Below are positions 27,640 through 37,463 of a stretch of 64,000 bases of DNA, piece after piece. This DNA is from Puniceicoccaceae bacterium. GTDB lineage: Bacteria > Verrucomicrobiota > Verrucomicrobiia > Opitutales > Oceanipulchritudinaceae. Below the pieces are notes generated by a model. It did no database searches. It was not told where the DNA came from and saw only the letters and a list, made by a program, of their open reading frames with translations. Position 1 is the stretch's first letter. Each line of letters begins with the position of its first letter. The DNA is taken from positions 192,001 to 256,000 of the forward strand of contig JBFOMH010000004.1 in assembly GCA_040830765.1 (NCBI GenBank). The letters run 5' to 3'. The translations under genes and the position numbers were made by a program.

Positions 27640-28238
27640 TCCTCAGGCTTGGCGAATGGTTCGTTGTACTTCAATTGGCGCTTGGCCAACGGTAATGGGG
27701 ACATGATCATATTGACATGTCGTCCACTCAACTTCGGGGTCCCGTCGGCCTGGCCGACATGTTTCAAGTCCTCTGCCGCCTTGGCGACTACCTCGAGGCC
27801 GAGATTCTTGTGTTCGTTTTCACGACCCCGGAACATGAGGCTCAGCTTTAACTTGTTTCCCTTGTAGAGAAACTCCTCCCCGTGCCGGAGCTTGGTCATA
27901 TAGTCATGCTCCTCAGTCCGAACGCGGAACTTCACTTCCTTGATCTTGGAAGAGGAGGAGGCCTTGGCCTTGTTCTCCTTCTTCTTCTTGGACTCCTCGT
28001 ACATGTACTTGCCAAAGTCGAGGATGCGGCAAATAGGCGGGTTCGTGTTGCCGGAGATCTCAACCAGGTCGAGGCCGGCCTTCTTGGCCGCCTGCAGGGC
28101 TTCGTCGCGTGAGACGATGCCTATCTGCTTGCCATCCGACCCGATGAGTCTGATTTCCCGGGCGCGGATGCGCTCATTTTTTCTAACATAGTTACCACGG
28201 TCGCGCCGATGGCGACCGCCATGATATGGTCTGGGCAT
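27636..28238 (-). CDS. infC: Translation initiation factor IF-3
   Basis: NERIRAREIRLI, LDLVEI, DFGKYMYE, KEVKFR, FRGRE. Confidence 0.97.
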   Translation of the reverse strand: MPRPYHGGRHRRDRGNYVRKNERIRAREIRLIGSDGKQIGIVSRDEALQAAKKAGLDLVEISGNTNPPICRILDFGKYMYEESKKKKENKAKASSSSKIKEVKFRVRTEEHDYMTKLRHGEEFLYKGNKLKLSLMFRGRENEHKNLGLEVVAKAAEDLKHVGQADGTPKLSGRHVNMIMSPLPLAKRQLKYNEPFAKPEE

Positions 28239-28337
28239 TTATTCCTTTTTTGCGTTCAGTCCGTGGACCTTCATTGAATTAAAGGTCTCTTATATGAAAG
28301 CTGGCCTTTGTTTGACAAGAAGGAATAGCGGCCCTGA

Positions 28338-28967
28338 TCAGGCATTGACGGAATCGACAACAGCGTCGGCTAGGCCGTATTCGATGGCTTCCTCGGCGTT
28401 GAGATAGAAGTCGCGGTCGGTATCCTTCTGAATCTTCTCAATCGGCTGTCCGCTGGAATCAGCAAGGATACGGTTCATCTCCTCGCGGAGCTTTTCCATT
28501 TCCTGTGCCTGGATATGGATGTCCACCGCGGCCCCGCGCATCGTCCCCATAATCAGGGGTTGGTGGATCAGGACCCGCGAATGCGGGTAGAGAAAGCGTT
28601 TTCCCTTGGTTCCGCCACAGAGGAAAATGGAGCCCATGCTGGCTGCCAGCCCGACCACGATCACCTTGATCGGGCTGCTGATCAGCTTCATTGTGTCATA
28701 GACGGCCATTCCAGCGGTAATGGAACCGCCGGGGCTGTTCAGGTAAATGGTGATTTCCTTGCCTGGCTCGATCGCTTCAAGATAGAGCAGCTGCTCGGTG
28801 GCCAGACGGGCGGAATCATCGTTGACCTCTCCCCAGAAGAAAATTTTGCGCTCTTCGAGGAACTTGCGCCGCATCATCTCCGAAAGCGGAAGCTTTTGCG
28901 GCTTATCGGATTCGTGGTCTTCGTCGTTAGCGTTGGGACGGGATTGCATAAGGTGAAACGTGGCCAT
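28338..28967 (-). CDS. clpP: ATP-dependent Clp protease proteolytic subunit
   Basis: YLNSPGG, AASMG, IHQP, DTDRDFY; start may be 28949. Confidence 0.96.
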   Translation of the reverse strand: MATFHLMQSRPNANDEDHESDKPQKLPLSEMMRRKFLEERKIFFWGEVNDDSARLATEQLLYLEAIEPGKEITIYLNSPGGSITAGMAVYDTMKLISSPIKVIVVGLAASMGSIFLCGGTKGKRFLYPHSRVLIHQPLIMGTMRGAAVDIHIQAQEMEKLREEMNRILADSSGQPIEKIQKDTDRDFYLNAEEAIEYGLADAVVDSVNA

Positions 28968-29004
28968 TCGGGCGGTTTGGGCAAGGCTGTGGATGGATTT
29001 TTTT

Positions 29005-29889
29005 CTAGTTGATACGAAATTCCAGTTTCTTGATGAGAGCCATCAGGAAAGCTGTTTTTGCTCCCTCAAGACGGCTACAGGCGGCGAGCGCCTCATCCGT
29101 GGCCTGTTGTGCCGCCTGCCGGCTGGCCTCAAGCCCATGCAGGGAGACATAAGTATTCTTGGCCTGTTTTTCGTCGTTGCCGACGGTCTTCCCAAGCACC
29201 TCCGGGGTCGAGGTGGCATCAAGGATGTCATCGACAATCTGAAACGCGAGGCCGAGGGACTGGCCAATCTTGCGAAGACAGTCGGAAGCATCCAGGGGAT
29301 ACTCGGTCAGCTCAAGGCCCATCAAGAGAGCGGCTGTAATGAGGTCGGCGGTCTTGTGGTGATGGATGTAATCCAGCGTCTCTTCCGTTATGGCCTGGTT
29401 CTCGGAGAGCGTGTCCACCACCTGGCCACCGATAAGGTGGCGACTGTCGGCCGCTTCCGTCAGAATCCGTAACAGGTTGAGCGCCCGTTGCGGATCACTG
29501 GCGTAATGAAAGGCCAGCAGCCGAAAGGCTTCGGTGAGGAGGGCGTCACCGGCGAGGAGCGCGGTCGCCTCATCGAAGCGGACATGGGCGGAGGGCTGCC
29601 CCCGACGCAAGGGACTGTCATCCATGCAGGGCAGGTCGTCATGGACCAGCGAATAGGTGTGGAGGCACTCGATGGCCACCGCGGCCGGCAAGGGGTCCTG
29701 CTTTTGTGGGTAGAGATCGGCCGCGGCCATCAGGAGAACCGGACGCAGGCGCTTACCCCCGGCGGAGAGGCAATAGTTCATGGCCTCGTGGATCTTTTCC
29801 GGAGTGGTGCCGGAGGCAGGGACGAGTTGTGTCAGTCCTGCCTCGACGGTTTGCCGGTAGGCCTCATAGGTTTGATCGAAAGACTCCAT
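29005..29889 (-). CDS. ispA: Polyprenyl (farnesyl/geranylgeranyl) diphosphate synthase
   Basis: GGKRLRP, HDDLPCMD..LRRG, FQIVDDILD. Confidence 0.92.
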   Translation of the reverse strand: MESFDQTYEAYRQTVEAGLTQLVPASGTTPEKIHEAMNYCLSAGGKRLRPVLLMAAADLYPQKQDPLPAAVAIECLHTYSLVHDDLPCMDDSPLRRGQPSAHVRFDEATALLAGDALLTEAFRLLAFHYASDPQRALNLLRILTEAADSRHLIGGQVVDTLSENQAITEETLDYIHHHKTADLITAALLMGLELTEYPLDASDCLRKIGQSLGLAFQIVDDILDATSTPEVLGKTVGNDEKQAKNTYVSLHGLEASRQAAQQATDEALAACSRLEGAKTAFLMALIKKLEFRIN

Positions 29890-29966
29890 TGGGGGAGGGA
29901 ATATTGAATTGCGGTTGGCGGCAAAGGAAGATTGATTAAGCGAACTCAAAAGAAGGAATCAGGCAA

Positions 29967-30593
29967 ATGGAGAATATGGAAAAAATCAGCTGGCGCATCT
30001 GGGAAAGCCAGGGGCTGGGCCGGGCGCTTCTCATCGGGGGCTTACTGTTTTACGTGCCCATCATCAACTTCCTCCTGTTGGGATATTTCGGGTGCTGGGC
30101 CCGGAAATTGATCATGCAGGAAGGTATGGATTTGCCGGAATGGCGTGACGGGCGCTCGATCGTCTCCGAGTTGGGCCGGGTCATTGTTCCATTCGCGGTG
30201 TGGGTGCTGCTGCCAGTCATTCTTGCCTCAACATTGGTATGGGCCTTGGCCGGATTGCTCAACTTCATGCACCTGGGATTTTTCGCCGGCACCCTGGCAT
30301 GGTTGCCGATGGTCCTCGTGGCAGTTCTCTCGCCACCCGCGATCGTTGTTTCCCTGATCCGGCTCTACACAGGCCATACGCTGAAAGAAACCCTCGATAT
30401 CCCAGAAGTCATCCGGGAAGTTGTGCGGCACCTGCGTGAGTGCATTTTTCCCCTCCTGCAGTATTATGGCCTGCTTGTTCTCGGGTGGCCCCTGCTCGGA
30501 TTTGCCGTCTTCCTGGCCACGCTCCCGTTGCTGGCGCAGCTGATACTTGTCTTCAGGAAGATGCATGAGGACTTGAAAAGCGGCGCGATTTAG
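29967..30593 (+). CDS. Membrane protein (DUF4013-like)
   Basis: LLIGGLL..VPIINFLLLGY...LPEW pattern; several TM segments. Confidence 0.7.
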   Translation: MENMEKISWRIWESQGLGRALLIGGLLFYVPIINFLLLGYFGCWARKLIMQEGMDLPEWRDGRSIVSELGRVIVPFAVWVLLPVILASTLVWALAGLLNFMHLGFFAGTLAWLPMVLVAVLSPPAIVVSLIRLYTGHTLKETLDIPEVIREVVRHLRECIFPLLQYYGLLVLGWPLLGFAVFLATLPLLAQLILVFRKMHEDLKSGAI

Positions 30594-30626
30594 GTATCTG
30601 CATTGGTCTTTTCATAAAATCGCACC

Positions 30627-30908
30627 ATGCCCACCTACGAATACGCCTGCCAAAACTGTGGTCACGATCTGGAGGTCTTCCAGCGCATGTCGGATGATCC
30701 GCTGGAGGTGTGCCCCTCCTGCAACGAACCATCCCTGAAGCGCAAAATTGGGCTGGGGGCCGGCATCATTTTCAAGGGTGGTGGCTTTTACGAGACGGAC
30801 TTCAAGGACCGCAAGGGAAGCGCCTCAGGCGAGACCGGGAAGGCTGCCGAGAAGAAGCCGGAGAAGAAGGAAACCCCAGCCAAGACCGCTGAGAAGGCAG
30901 CTGACTGA
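30627..30908 (+). CDS. FmdB-family zinc-ribbon protein
   Basis: MPTYEYACQNCGH...CPSC...FKGGGFYETD. Confidence 0.93.
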   Translation: MPTYEYACQNCGHDLEVFQRMSDDPLEVCPSCNEPSLKRKIGLGAGIIFKGGGFYETDFKDRKGSASGETGKAAEKKPEKKETPAKTAEKAAD

Positions 30909-31039
30909 GCCGATCCGGGCCTATCCCGGTAAAATCCGCGTCAAAGTTGCGGGCCCCCTCCACATCCGACCTTGCCTCGGAGGTCGGGTTCGCCTATTCC
31001 ATTGTCCTAAAGCTGAATCTATATCAAGAAGCAGGAATC

Positions 31040-31732
31040 ATGAGCCCACAAAAGGAACCTACCGGACCGCGGATGTCATCCGTTATCATTATTGGCGTCT
31101 TGACCTTTATCCTTGGGAAAATGCTGGGTCTGGCCAGCCTGGTCACCCAACCGGTCATCGTCGTGAACAAGGAACCGAACCCGGAAAACGTGGTTCCCGG
31201 CACGGTCTATTACCAGAAGGGCACCAGCTCCGGCCGCACCGTCTGGCGGGCCAAGGAGGAAGCCTGGAGAGAGGGAACAGTAAGCGTCCTTTCGCTCAGT
31301 GAAACCGAACTCAACCAGTGGGGCCGGGATCGCTTCAAGAAGACGTCTTCCGCTCCTTCCGAGGAGGAGGGCTTCATGGACCGTGTGCAGCTCCACGTCT
31401 CGGCGGTCAATTTTCGTATTCTGGAGGATGAGGTACAAATGGCCTCCGAGGTTCGGATTGGAGACCTTTTTGGCGAGCGCACCTTTATCTATCAGGTCCG
31501 GGGCCACTTTGAATCAACTTCGGACGGGGTTAAGTTCGTCCATGAGAAAGGCACATTGGGCAGTGCTCCCCTGGGGCACTTCCCGGTATATGGGGACGTG
31601 CTCTTCTCCCTGGTCTCTGGAAGTCTTGAAGAAACCCCGGAAATGGAATGGCTCCCGGAAAGCCTGGCCAGTCTGGAATCGATTGAAATCGAAGGCGGAC
31701 AATTAATCCTGCGCCGGCGGGCCCAAGGCTAG
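31040..31732 (+). CDS. Hypothetical membrane-anchored protein
   Basis: N-terminal TM helix; AGGA RBS before ATG 31040; co-directional with neighbours. Confidence 0.65.
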   Translation: MSPQKEPTGPRMSSVIIIGVLTFILGKMLGLASLVTQPVIVVNKEPNPENVVPGTVYYQKGTSSGRTVWRAKEEAWREGTVSVLSLSETELNQWGRDRFKKTSSAPSEEEGFMDRVQLHVSAVNFRILEDEVQMASEVRIGDLFGERTFIYQVRGHFESTSDGVKFVHEKGTLGSAPLGHFPVYGDVLFSLVSGSLEETPEMEWLPESLASLESIEIEGGQLILRRRAQG

Positions 31733-31735
31733 CCG

Positions 31736-32959
31736 ATGGACGGGGCGGACGGACAGGCCGCCAAACGGGTGGCCCTGCTTTTCACCCAATTTCCGGTGGC
31801 AACCGAGACTTTTCTGCAACGGGAAGTCATCGCCTTGCAGCGCTGTCAACGCGACTGGCCCGTGTTCGCCCTCTGGCCGACCTCCGAGGGTGGGGTCGAG
31901 AGCATGACGGCGACCCACACCTTTCACCGTTGGCACCTCCTGAGCCTTTTCTGGTGGATCCCCTATTGGACGATAAGGAATCCAAAGGGCATGCGCAGCC
32001 TTGCCGAAGTCCTTGTTTCAGCCCGGGTGCCCAACTTCATCAATTTCAGCGAGACGCTCCTTGGATTTGCCTACGGGATTGCCCGGGCCAGGACCCTCGC
32101 GGGGCGGTTTGATCACTTTCACGCGGTCTGGGCCTCCGCACCAGCAACGGCCGCATGGGTCCTCTATAAGCTGACCGGCATCCCTTATTCAATGGCGGGC
32201 CATGCTTATGATCTTTACGAGGATGGCGGGGACGGTCTCCTGGAAACCAAGATTCCGGAGGCCCGTTTCATCCGCACTTCCACCGATACCGGACGCGATC
32301 GTTGGAAGCAGCTCGGAAGCCCTTCTGACACGATACATGTCATTCGCAGGGGCCTGTTGAAGTTTCCCAAGCTGGATCCGGCACCGGCTGCGGCGCCGGA
32401 GGAACCGTATCAGCTGCTCGCGGTTGGCCGGCTGGTGGAAAAGATGGGCTATTCCGTGCTGTTGCAAATTCTCGCCAGATTGAAACGGTCCGGTTTGCCG
32501 TTTCGAGCCACGATCGTTGGCAGTGGTCCCCTGATGGGTAGTTTGCAGCGCCGGGCAAAGCGTCTGGACCTTGAAGATTACCTCGAATTCACCGGGGGAC
32601 TGCCATTCCATGAGGTGACCTGGTATTACCGGGAGGCCGACCTTTTCCTTTTCAGCGGGCAGGTTGCCCAAAGCGGGGACCGGGCTGGTTTCCCCAATGC
32701 CATCGGGGAGGCCATGGCATGGGGTGTTCCCGTCTGTGCCAGTTCCGTCGGAGCCGTGCAGGAGGGTGTTCACGATGGCCAGACCGGACTCCTCTACACT
32801 GACCCGGATGAGGCGGTGGAGAAGATTTCCCAATTGTTCAGCGATCCGGCCCGCTACGCAGCAATCCGGCAATCCGCCCGACAGTGGGCCGAGGAGGAAT
32901 TCGATGCCTGCAGGAACATGGAACGGTTTGCCCGGCTGGTGGAGGCTGCTTGCCCTTGA
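31736..32959 (+). CDS. GT4 glycosyltransferase (WcaL-like)
   Basis: FPVATETF, HAYDLY, VGRLVEKMG, EAMAWGVPV. Confidence 0.9.
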   Translation: MDGADGQAAKRVALLFTQFPVATETFLQREVIALQRCQRDWPVFALWPTSEGGVESMTATHTFHRWHLLSLFWWIPYWTIRNPKGMRSLAEVLVSARVPNFINFSETLLGFAYGIARARTLAGRFDHFHAVWASAPATAAWVLYKLTGIPYSMAGHAYDLYEDGGDGLLETKIPEARFIRTSTDTGRDRWKQLGSPSDTIHVIRRGLLKFPKLDPAPAAAPEEPYQLLAVGRLVEKMGYSVLLQILARLKRSGLPFRATIVGSGPLMGSLQRRAKRLDLEDYLEFTGGLPFHEVTWYYREADLFLFSGQVAQSGDRAGFPNAIGEAMAWGVPVCASSVGAVQEGVHDGQTGLLYTDPDEAVEKISQLFSDPARYAAIRQSARQWAEEEFDACRNMERFARLVEAACP

Positions 32960-33775
32960 TTACAGGACATCCGCGAAGCCGTTGCGCAACCGGCTGAACC
33001 CAAAGTAGCCAAGCGCAACGGAAATGATGCCGATCAGGTAAAGATAGACCAACTTGTCCAATTGTATCGGAATGTTCCAGAGGAGGACATCCCGGGATAA
33101 CTCAATGGCCTGCAGGACCGGATTGTATTTCAACCAGGCGTAGATGGGTTCGGGAATGCGGCTGCTGGGGTAGAATACCGCGCTGGCATAAAACAGGACC
33201 TGTCCAAGAAAGCCCATCAGGTGCTGGGAATCCCGGAAATAGACCCCCAGGGCGGAGAGGATATAGCTCAATCCCAGCGACAGGAGCAGCATCGGCAGCA
33301 GGATGAGGGGAAACCAGAGCGCCTGCCAGGTCAGGGAGACGCCCGCCAGAAGAATGGCCGCCAGAGCCATCAGGCAACTCATCAAGGTCCGGAAAAAAAT
33401 CGACCCGACCAGGGCTGGAGGAAGGATATGGAGCGGAAAGACGACCTTTTGGACCAGGTTCTGGTAGGAAAGGATGAGGACCGGCGATTGACCCATGGAC
33501 TCGGTGACCAGTCCCATGACCGTCAATCCGATGAAGATGCCCAGCGGATAGTCAAAGGGCCCCGGATTTTCAGTGACGCCAAACTGGCCACCCATGATCA
33601 AGCCAAAGACAACCGTGAAGAGGGCCAGCATGAGCAGCGGGTTGAGGAATATCCACAACAGCCCAAGCCAACTTCCCTTGGTTTGCCGCTCAATATGGCG
33701 CAGAGTGAAACCAACCAGCAGCTCCCGGTGTTGAAAGAAGCGACGTTTCGACTGATTTTTCTCCTTATCTCCCAT
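32960..33775 (-). CDS. wzm: Polysaccharide ABC exporter permease
   Basis: GSWLGLLWIFLNPL, LVQKVVFP, GVYFRD, FADVL C-terminus. Confidence 0.9.
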   Translation of the reverse strand: MGDKEKNQSKRRFFQHRELLVGFTLRHIERQTKGSWLGLLWIFLNPLLMLALFTVVFGLIMGGQFGVTENPGPFDYPLGIFIGLTVMGLVTESMGQSPVLILSYQNLVQKVVFPLHILPPALVGSIFFRTLMSCLMALAAILLAGVSLTWQALWFPLILLPMLLLSLGLSYILSALGVYFRDSQHLMGFLGQVLFYASAVFYPSSRIPEPIYAWLKYNPVLQAIELSRDVLLWNIPIQLDKLVYLYLIGIISVALGYFGFSRLRNGFADVL

Positions 33776-33918
33776 GTTTGGCCTCAATGCTGCTCACTAT
33801 TCCAACGGCGGAAAGCCTAATTTGTTGCAATTCATGACCCAGTCATCACCCGCTTTAATAACTTGCTTAGGAAACGCCATTCCGTAGCGTTGACTCCTTT
33901 TGCTTAACCGACCTAGAC

Positions 33919-35127
33919 GTGTCTGTCCCGAATAAAATCAAGACTTTCTTCAATCGCCGTAACAGCATTTTGCGCCGTTGCCGCGAAGACGAGGCAACGC
34001 GTGCCCGGCTAAAGTACAATCCCTGGTACCATCACATGGAGCGCCAGGAAGGGGCACATGTCTGGATCGATGGCCGGAAACTGCTCATGATGAGCAGTAA
34101 CGATTATCTTGGCCTCAGCAGCCATCCAAAAGTCATTGAGGCCGGCGAGGAAGCCCTCAAGAAGTGGGGCAGCAGCACGACGGGAGCCCGTTTGGCAAAT
34201 GGCTCAAGGGCCTACCACCGGGAGCTGGAACTGGCCTTGGCCCAGTTTGTCGGCAAGGAGGATTGCCAGGTATTGTGTGCCGGCTATCTGGCCTGCATGG
34301 GTGCGGTCATGACCTATGCCCAGCGTGGCGACCTTATCCTGGTCGACCGTAATGTGCATAGCTCGCTGTGGTCGGGGATTGGGCTTAGTGGTGCCCGCGT
34401 GGAGCGGTTTTCCCATAACAATCCTTCTGATTTGCAGGATATCCTGACAACCGAACCACGGGAAATGCCCAAGATGGTGGTAATCGAGGGGGTCTACTCC
34501 ATGGAGGGACATATTGCCCCGATTCAGGAAATTATTGAGGTCGGCCGTGACTACAACTGCTTCTTTGTTGTGGATGATGCCCACGGATTCGGGGTCCTTG
34601 GGGACCGTGGACAGGGAACCGTCGGCTATCTTGATCGCACGAATGAAGTGGATGTCATCTGTGGCAGCCTGTCCAAGTCAATGGCCAGCACGGGTGGATT
34701 CATTGCCGGTTCACGGGAGGTCATCGAGTACCTCCGGACCCACAGCAAGCAGACGATTTTCAGTGCGGCCATCAGTCCCAGCCAGGCAGCGTGTGCCCAG
34801 GCGGCCCTGCAGGTGCTTCAGGACGAACCGGAACACCGGGAACGGCTCTGGGAAAACACCCGCTACTACAAGCGCCTTCTCAATCAGCTGGACCTTGATA
34901 TCTGGGACAGCGAGACGCCGGCGGTACCGATTGTTATCGGCAACAAGGAAAAGACCTACCGGGTTTGGAAGCAATTGCTGGAAGATGACATTTTCACGGT
35001 CATTGCCATTGCTCCCGCTGTTCCGCCGGCCAAGGACCTGATCCGGACGGCGGTCTCCGCACGGCACAGCCGTGAAGACCTTGAACGGGTCGCAGAATCC
35101 CTTTCCAAGGCCTTCAAACGGGGCTGA
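33919..35127 (+). CDS. Alpha-oxoamine synthase family PLP enzyme (serine palmitoyltransferase/BioF-like)
   Basis: SNDYLGL, HSSL, EGVYSMEG, DDAHG, GSLSKS (PLP lysine). Confidence 0.9.
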   Translation: MSVPNKIKTFFNRRNSILRRCREDEATRARLKYNPWYHHMERQEGAHVWIDGRKLLMMSSNDYLGLSSHPKVIEAGEEALKKWGSSTTGARLANGSRAYHRELELALAQFVGKEDCQVLCAGYLACMGAVMTYAQRGDLILVDRNVHSSLWSGIGLSGARVERFSHNNPSDLQDILTTEPREMPKMVVIEGVYSMEGHIAPIQEIIEVGRDYNCFFVVDDAHGFGVLGDRGQGTVGYLDRTNEVDVICGSLSKSMASTGGFIAGSREVIEYLRTHSKQTIFSAAISPSQAACAQAALQVLQDEPEHRERLWENTRYYKRLLNQLDLDIWDSETPAVPIVIGNKEKTYRVWKQLLEDDIFTVIAIAPAVPPAKDLIRTAVSARHSREDLERVAESLSKAFKRG

Positions 35128-35134
35128 ACAGCCC

Positions 35135-36208
35135 ATGTCGACCTTATTTTTCGACACCACCAAGTCGCGTAAACAAGGTCATTTTTCCGGGCTGAACCGG
35201 GTTTCCGCGCGCCTTCTGGATGCCTTTTCGGAATTTGAATTCCTTGAACTGAAAGCGGTTCACTGGTCGTCCCTGAAGCGAAGCTACGTAGATTCAGCCT
35301 CCGGCAAGGCCATCGGGACGGGTAAGGCCAGCGACTTATTCCTGACGCCGGAAGTTTTTGCGCTCCGGGAGCGGCCCTTCAGCCGCGGGTGGCTGCAACG
35401 GTTCAAGGGCAGGACTGCCTGCCTGTTTTTCGATGCCATCCCGTTTTTCCATCCCGAGATTACCTGGCCCCATAGTGTGCGGCGATTCCCTCGCTGGTTC
35501 ACGGACTTGGGGAATTACGACCACATCTTCTTCATTTCCTCCCATGCGCGGGAGGAAGCGTTGAAAGTGCACGAGCTGACCGGGCTTCCCCGGGTGGAGG
35601 GCACTGTTCTGCCAATGGGCTGTGATTACATGAACCAACAGCCGGTCAACAATCCGGGTGAAGTGCCGGTTCTGTTGAACATCGGAATCCTGGAACCGCG
35701 CAAGGGCCAGGATTGCCTGCTCAGCGTCTGCGATCGGCTCTGGTTGGAGGGATTTGTATTCAAACTGGTTTTTCTGGGCCGGGTGAATCCCCATTACGGT
35801 CGGCCGCTACAGGAGCGGATCAACCTGCTCCGGGAATCCGGTCGGGATATTGAGCACGTGGAGCAGGCTGATGACGCCTGCCTCGCCGAATGGCACCAGC
35901 GTGCCAGCCTGGCAATCCAGCCATCCCGGGCGGAAGGTTTTGGTTTGCCTGTTCTGGAGTCACTATGGGCGGGTTGCCCGGTCTTGGCCTCGGATCAACC
36001 CGGATTGGATTCTGTTCCTGGCCTGAAGGGTGTCCAGGTGCTGGACGAAGTCAGTGAAGAAGCCATTGAGGCAGCCTTGAAGAAGTTACTGGAGCAACCG
36101 GAGCTGCTTGCAGCCCTGCGGAAATCGATCGAGAGCAAGGAACTGCCCACATGGACAGATTCCGCATTGTTCGTGCTTCAGGAGCTTGGATTGAGCGTCA
36201 ACTCCTGA
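35135..36208 (+). CDS. GT4 glycosyltransferase
   Basis: GILEPRKG, PSRAEGFGLPVLES. Confidence 0.9.
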   Translation: MSTLFFDTTKSRKQGHFSGLNRVSARLLDAFSEFEFLELKAVHWSSLKRSYVDSASGKAIGTGKASDLFLTPEVFALRERPFSRGWLQRFKGRTACLFFDAIPFFHPEITWPHSVRRFPRWFTDLGNYDHIFFISSHAREEALKVHELTGLPRVEGTVLPMGCDYMNQQPVNNPGEVPVLLNIGILEPRKGQDCLLSVCDRLWLEGFVFKLVFLGRVNPHYGRPLQERINLLRESGRDIEHVEQADDACLAEWHQRASLAIQPSRAEGFGLPVLESLWAGCPVLASDQPGLDSVPGLKGVQVLDEVSEEAIEAALKKLLEQPELLAALRKSIESKELPTWTDSALFVLQELGLSVNS

Positions 36209-37362
36209 AAGAGCTCGCTCAGGTCCTCGGCGACATGCCGCATCGTCCGCACCGGGCGGCGGGCGGCTTCACCAGAGAGCCGGCTGTACTGCTCTGCGTC
36301 CTTGAGAAGGGACTCCAAATTGGAACGGATGCCGGAGGGGCTACCATCCGAGATAAGACACCCACCTCCCTCAGCCAGCTCTTCAAGGGCACCACCCCGG
36401 GTCGTGATTACGGGTAAGCCATGCGAGAGGGCTTCCAGCACTGGCATTCCGAAGCCTTCATGGAAAGAGGGATAGGCGAAGATGTCGGTTTCCTCGTAAA
36501 GCTCGAGCAGGCGTTGGTTGGAGACCGCCCCTTCCCATTTCACTGGGCGGCCTTTTTTCGACAGCTCGCGAATCCGGTCGACGGCAGGAGTCCCCGTTTC
36601 CTTGTTCAGCATCCCAGCCAACCGCAGCTTGAAAGATGTTCCCGATGCCCACAATTCCTCACAGGCCTCGAGCAGGCCGAGGTGATTCTTGCGGGCTTCG
36701 AGGGTTCCTATCATCAGGACCACTGGATTGGCCGGCAAAATCCCCGTTCTCGCAGAACTGTGCCCGGTGCTGAGTTGGCTCCGTAATCCCAGGGGGGTGA
36801 CAGACGTAAGCGCCTTTCCGACGATGCCTTCCTTGTCCCAAAAGGTAAGCAGGTCAGCTCGGCTGGCTTCGGAAATACAGGTTACGTGGTCAAATTCTGC
36901 CAGCTTTCTCAGGTAGCCGGGAAATCGGTCAACGGTCTTGGACGGTGTCCACTGGGGATGCTTCAGGGCAATTGCGTCATAAAAGTAGGCCAGGCGCGGC
37001 TTGCCCGGGAATGTTCCATGGTTAAACAAGACCGTTTCCCGGGAGGGATCGAAAATTTCCGGGCAAAACAGGCCCTGGACTGTCTGGATTTCAGTCTGTC
37101 TCCGGGTCAACCTGCGCAGGTAGCCCCGCGTTTTTTGGAGAGTGGACCAGCGACTTGAGCGTTTGGCTGGCGGTTCAGCAGTCGGCGATGGCTCAAGGTT
37201 TGTCCTTTCTATTCTGTCCAGCGAACGCCACTGGGAGGCAAACCGGTCGTAGACTACCGGAAACGCCTCTCCCTGCAGTTCACGGGCAAGGTTCCGACAG
37301 ACCTGTTGGATTCCGGTCTGGGCACCTGTGTGTGTCGTATGCGTGAGATCAATGGCCCACAT
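36178..37362 (-). CDS. GT4 glycosyltransferase
   Basis: TGIQQV, GTLEARKN, PSFHEGFGMPVLEA. Confidence 0.9.
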   Translation of the reverse strand: MWAIDLTHTTHTGAQTGIQQVCRNLARELQGEAFPVVYDRFASQWRSLDRIERTNLEPSPTAEPPAKRSSRWSTLQKTRGYLRRLTRRQTEIQTVQGLFCPEIFDPSRETVLFNHGTFPGKPRLAYFYDAIALKHPQWTPSKTVDRFPGYLRKLAEFDHVTCISEASRADLLTFWDKEGIVGKALTSVTPLGLRSQLSTGHSSARTGILPANPVVLMIGTLEARKNHLGLLEACEELWASGTSFKLRLAGMLNKETGTPAVDRIRELSKKGRPVKWEGAVSNQRLLELYEETDIFAYPSFHEGFGMPVLEALSHGLPVITTRGGALEELAEGGGCLISDGSPSGIRSNLESLLKDAEQYSRLSGEAARRPVRTMRHVAEDLSELFQELTLNPSS

Positions 37363-37463
37363 CGTCTGTCCAGCATAACGAATGTATCGACAAGGCAACC
37401 TGTAATCGTCGTGGCATTGCTTCCATCCTTGCCCGTCGGGGATATTTCCCCACCCTTGAACCG

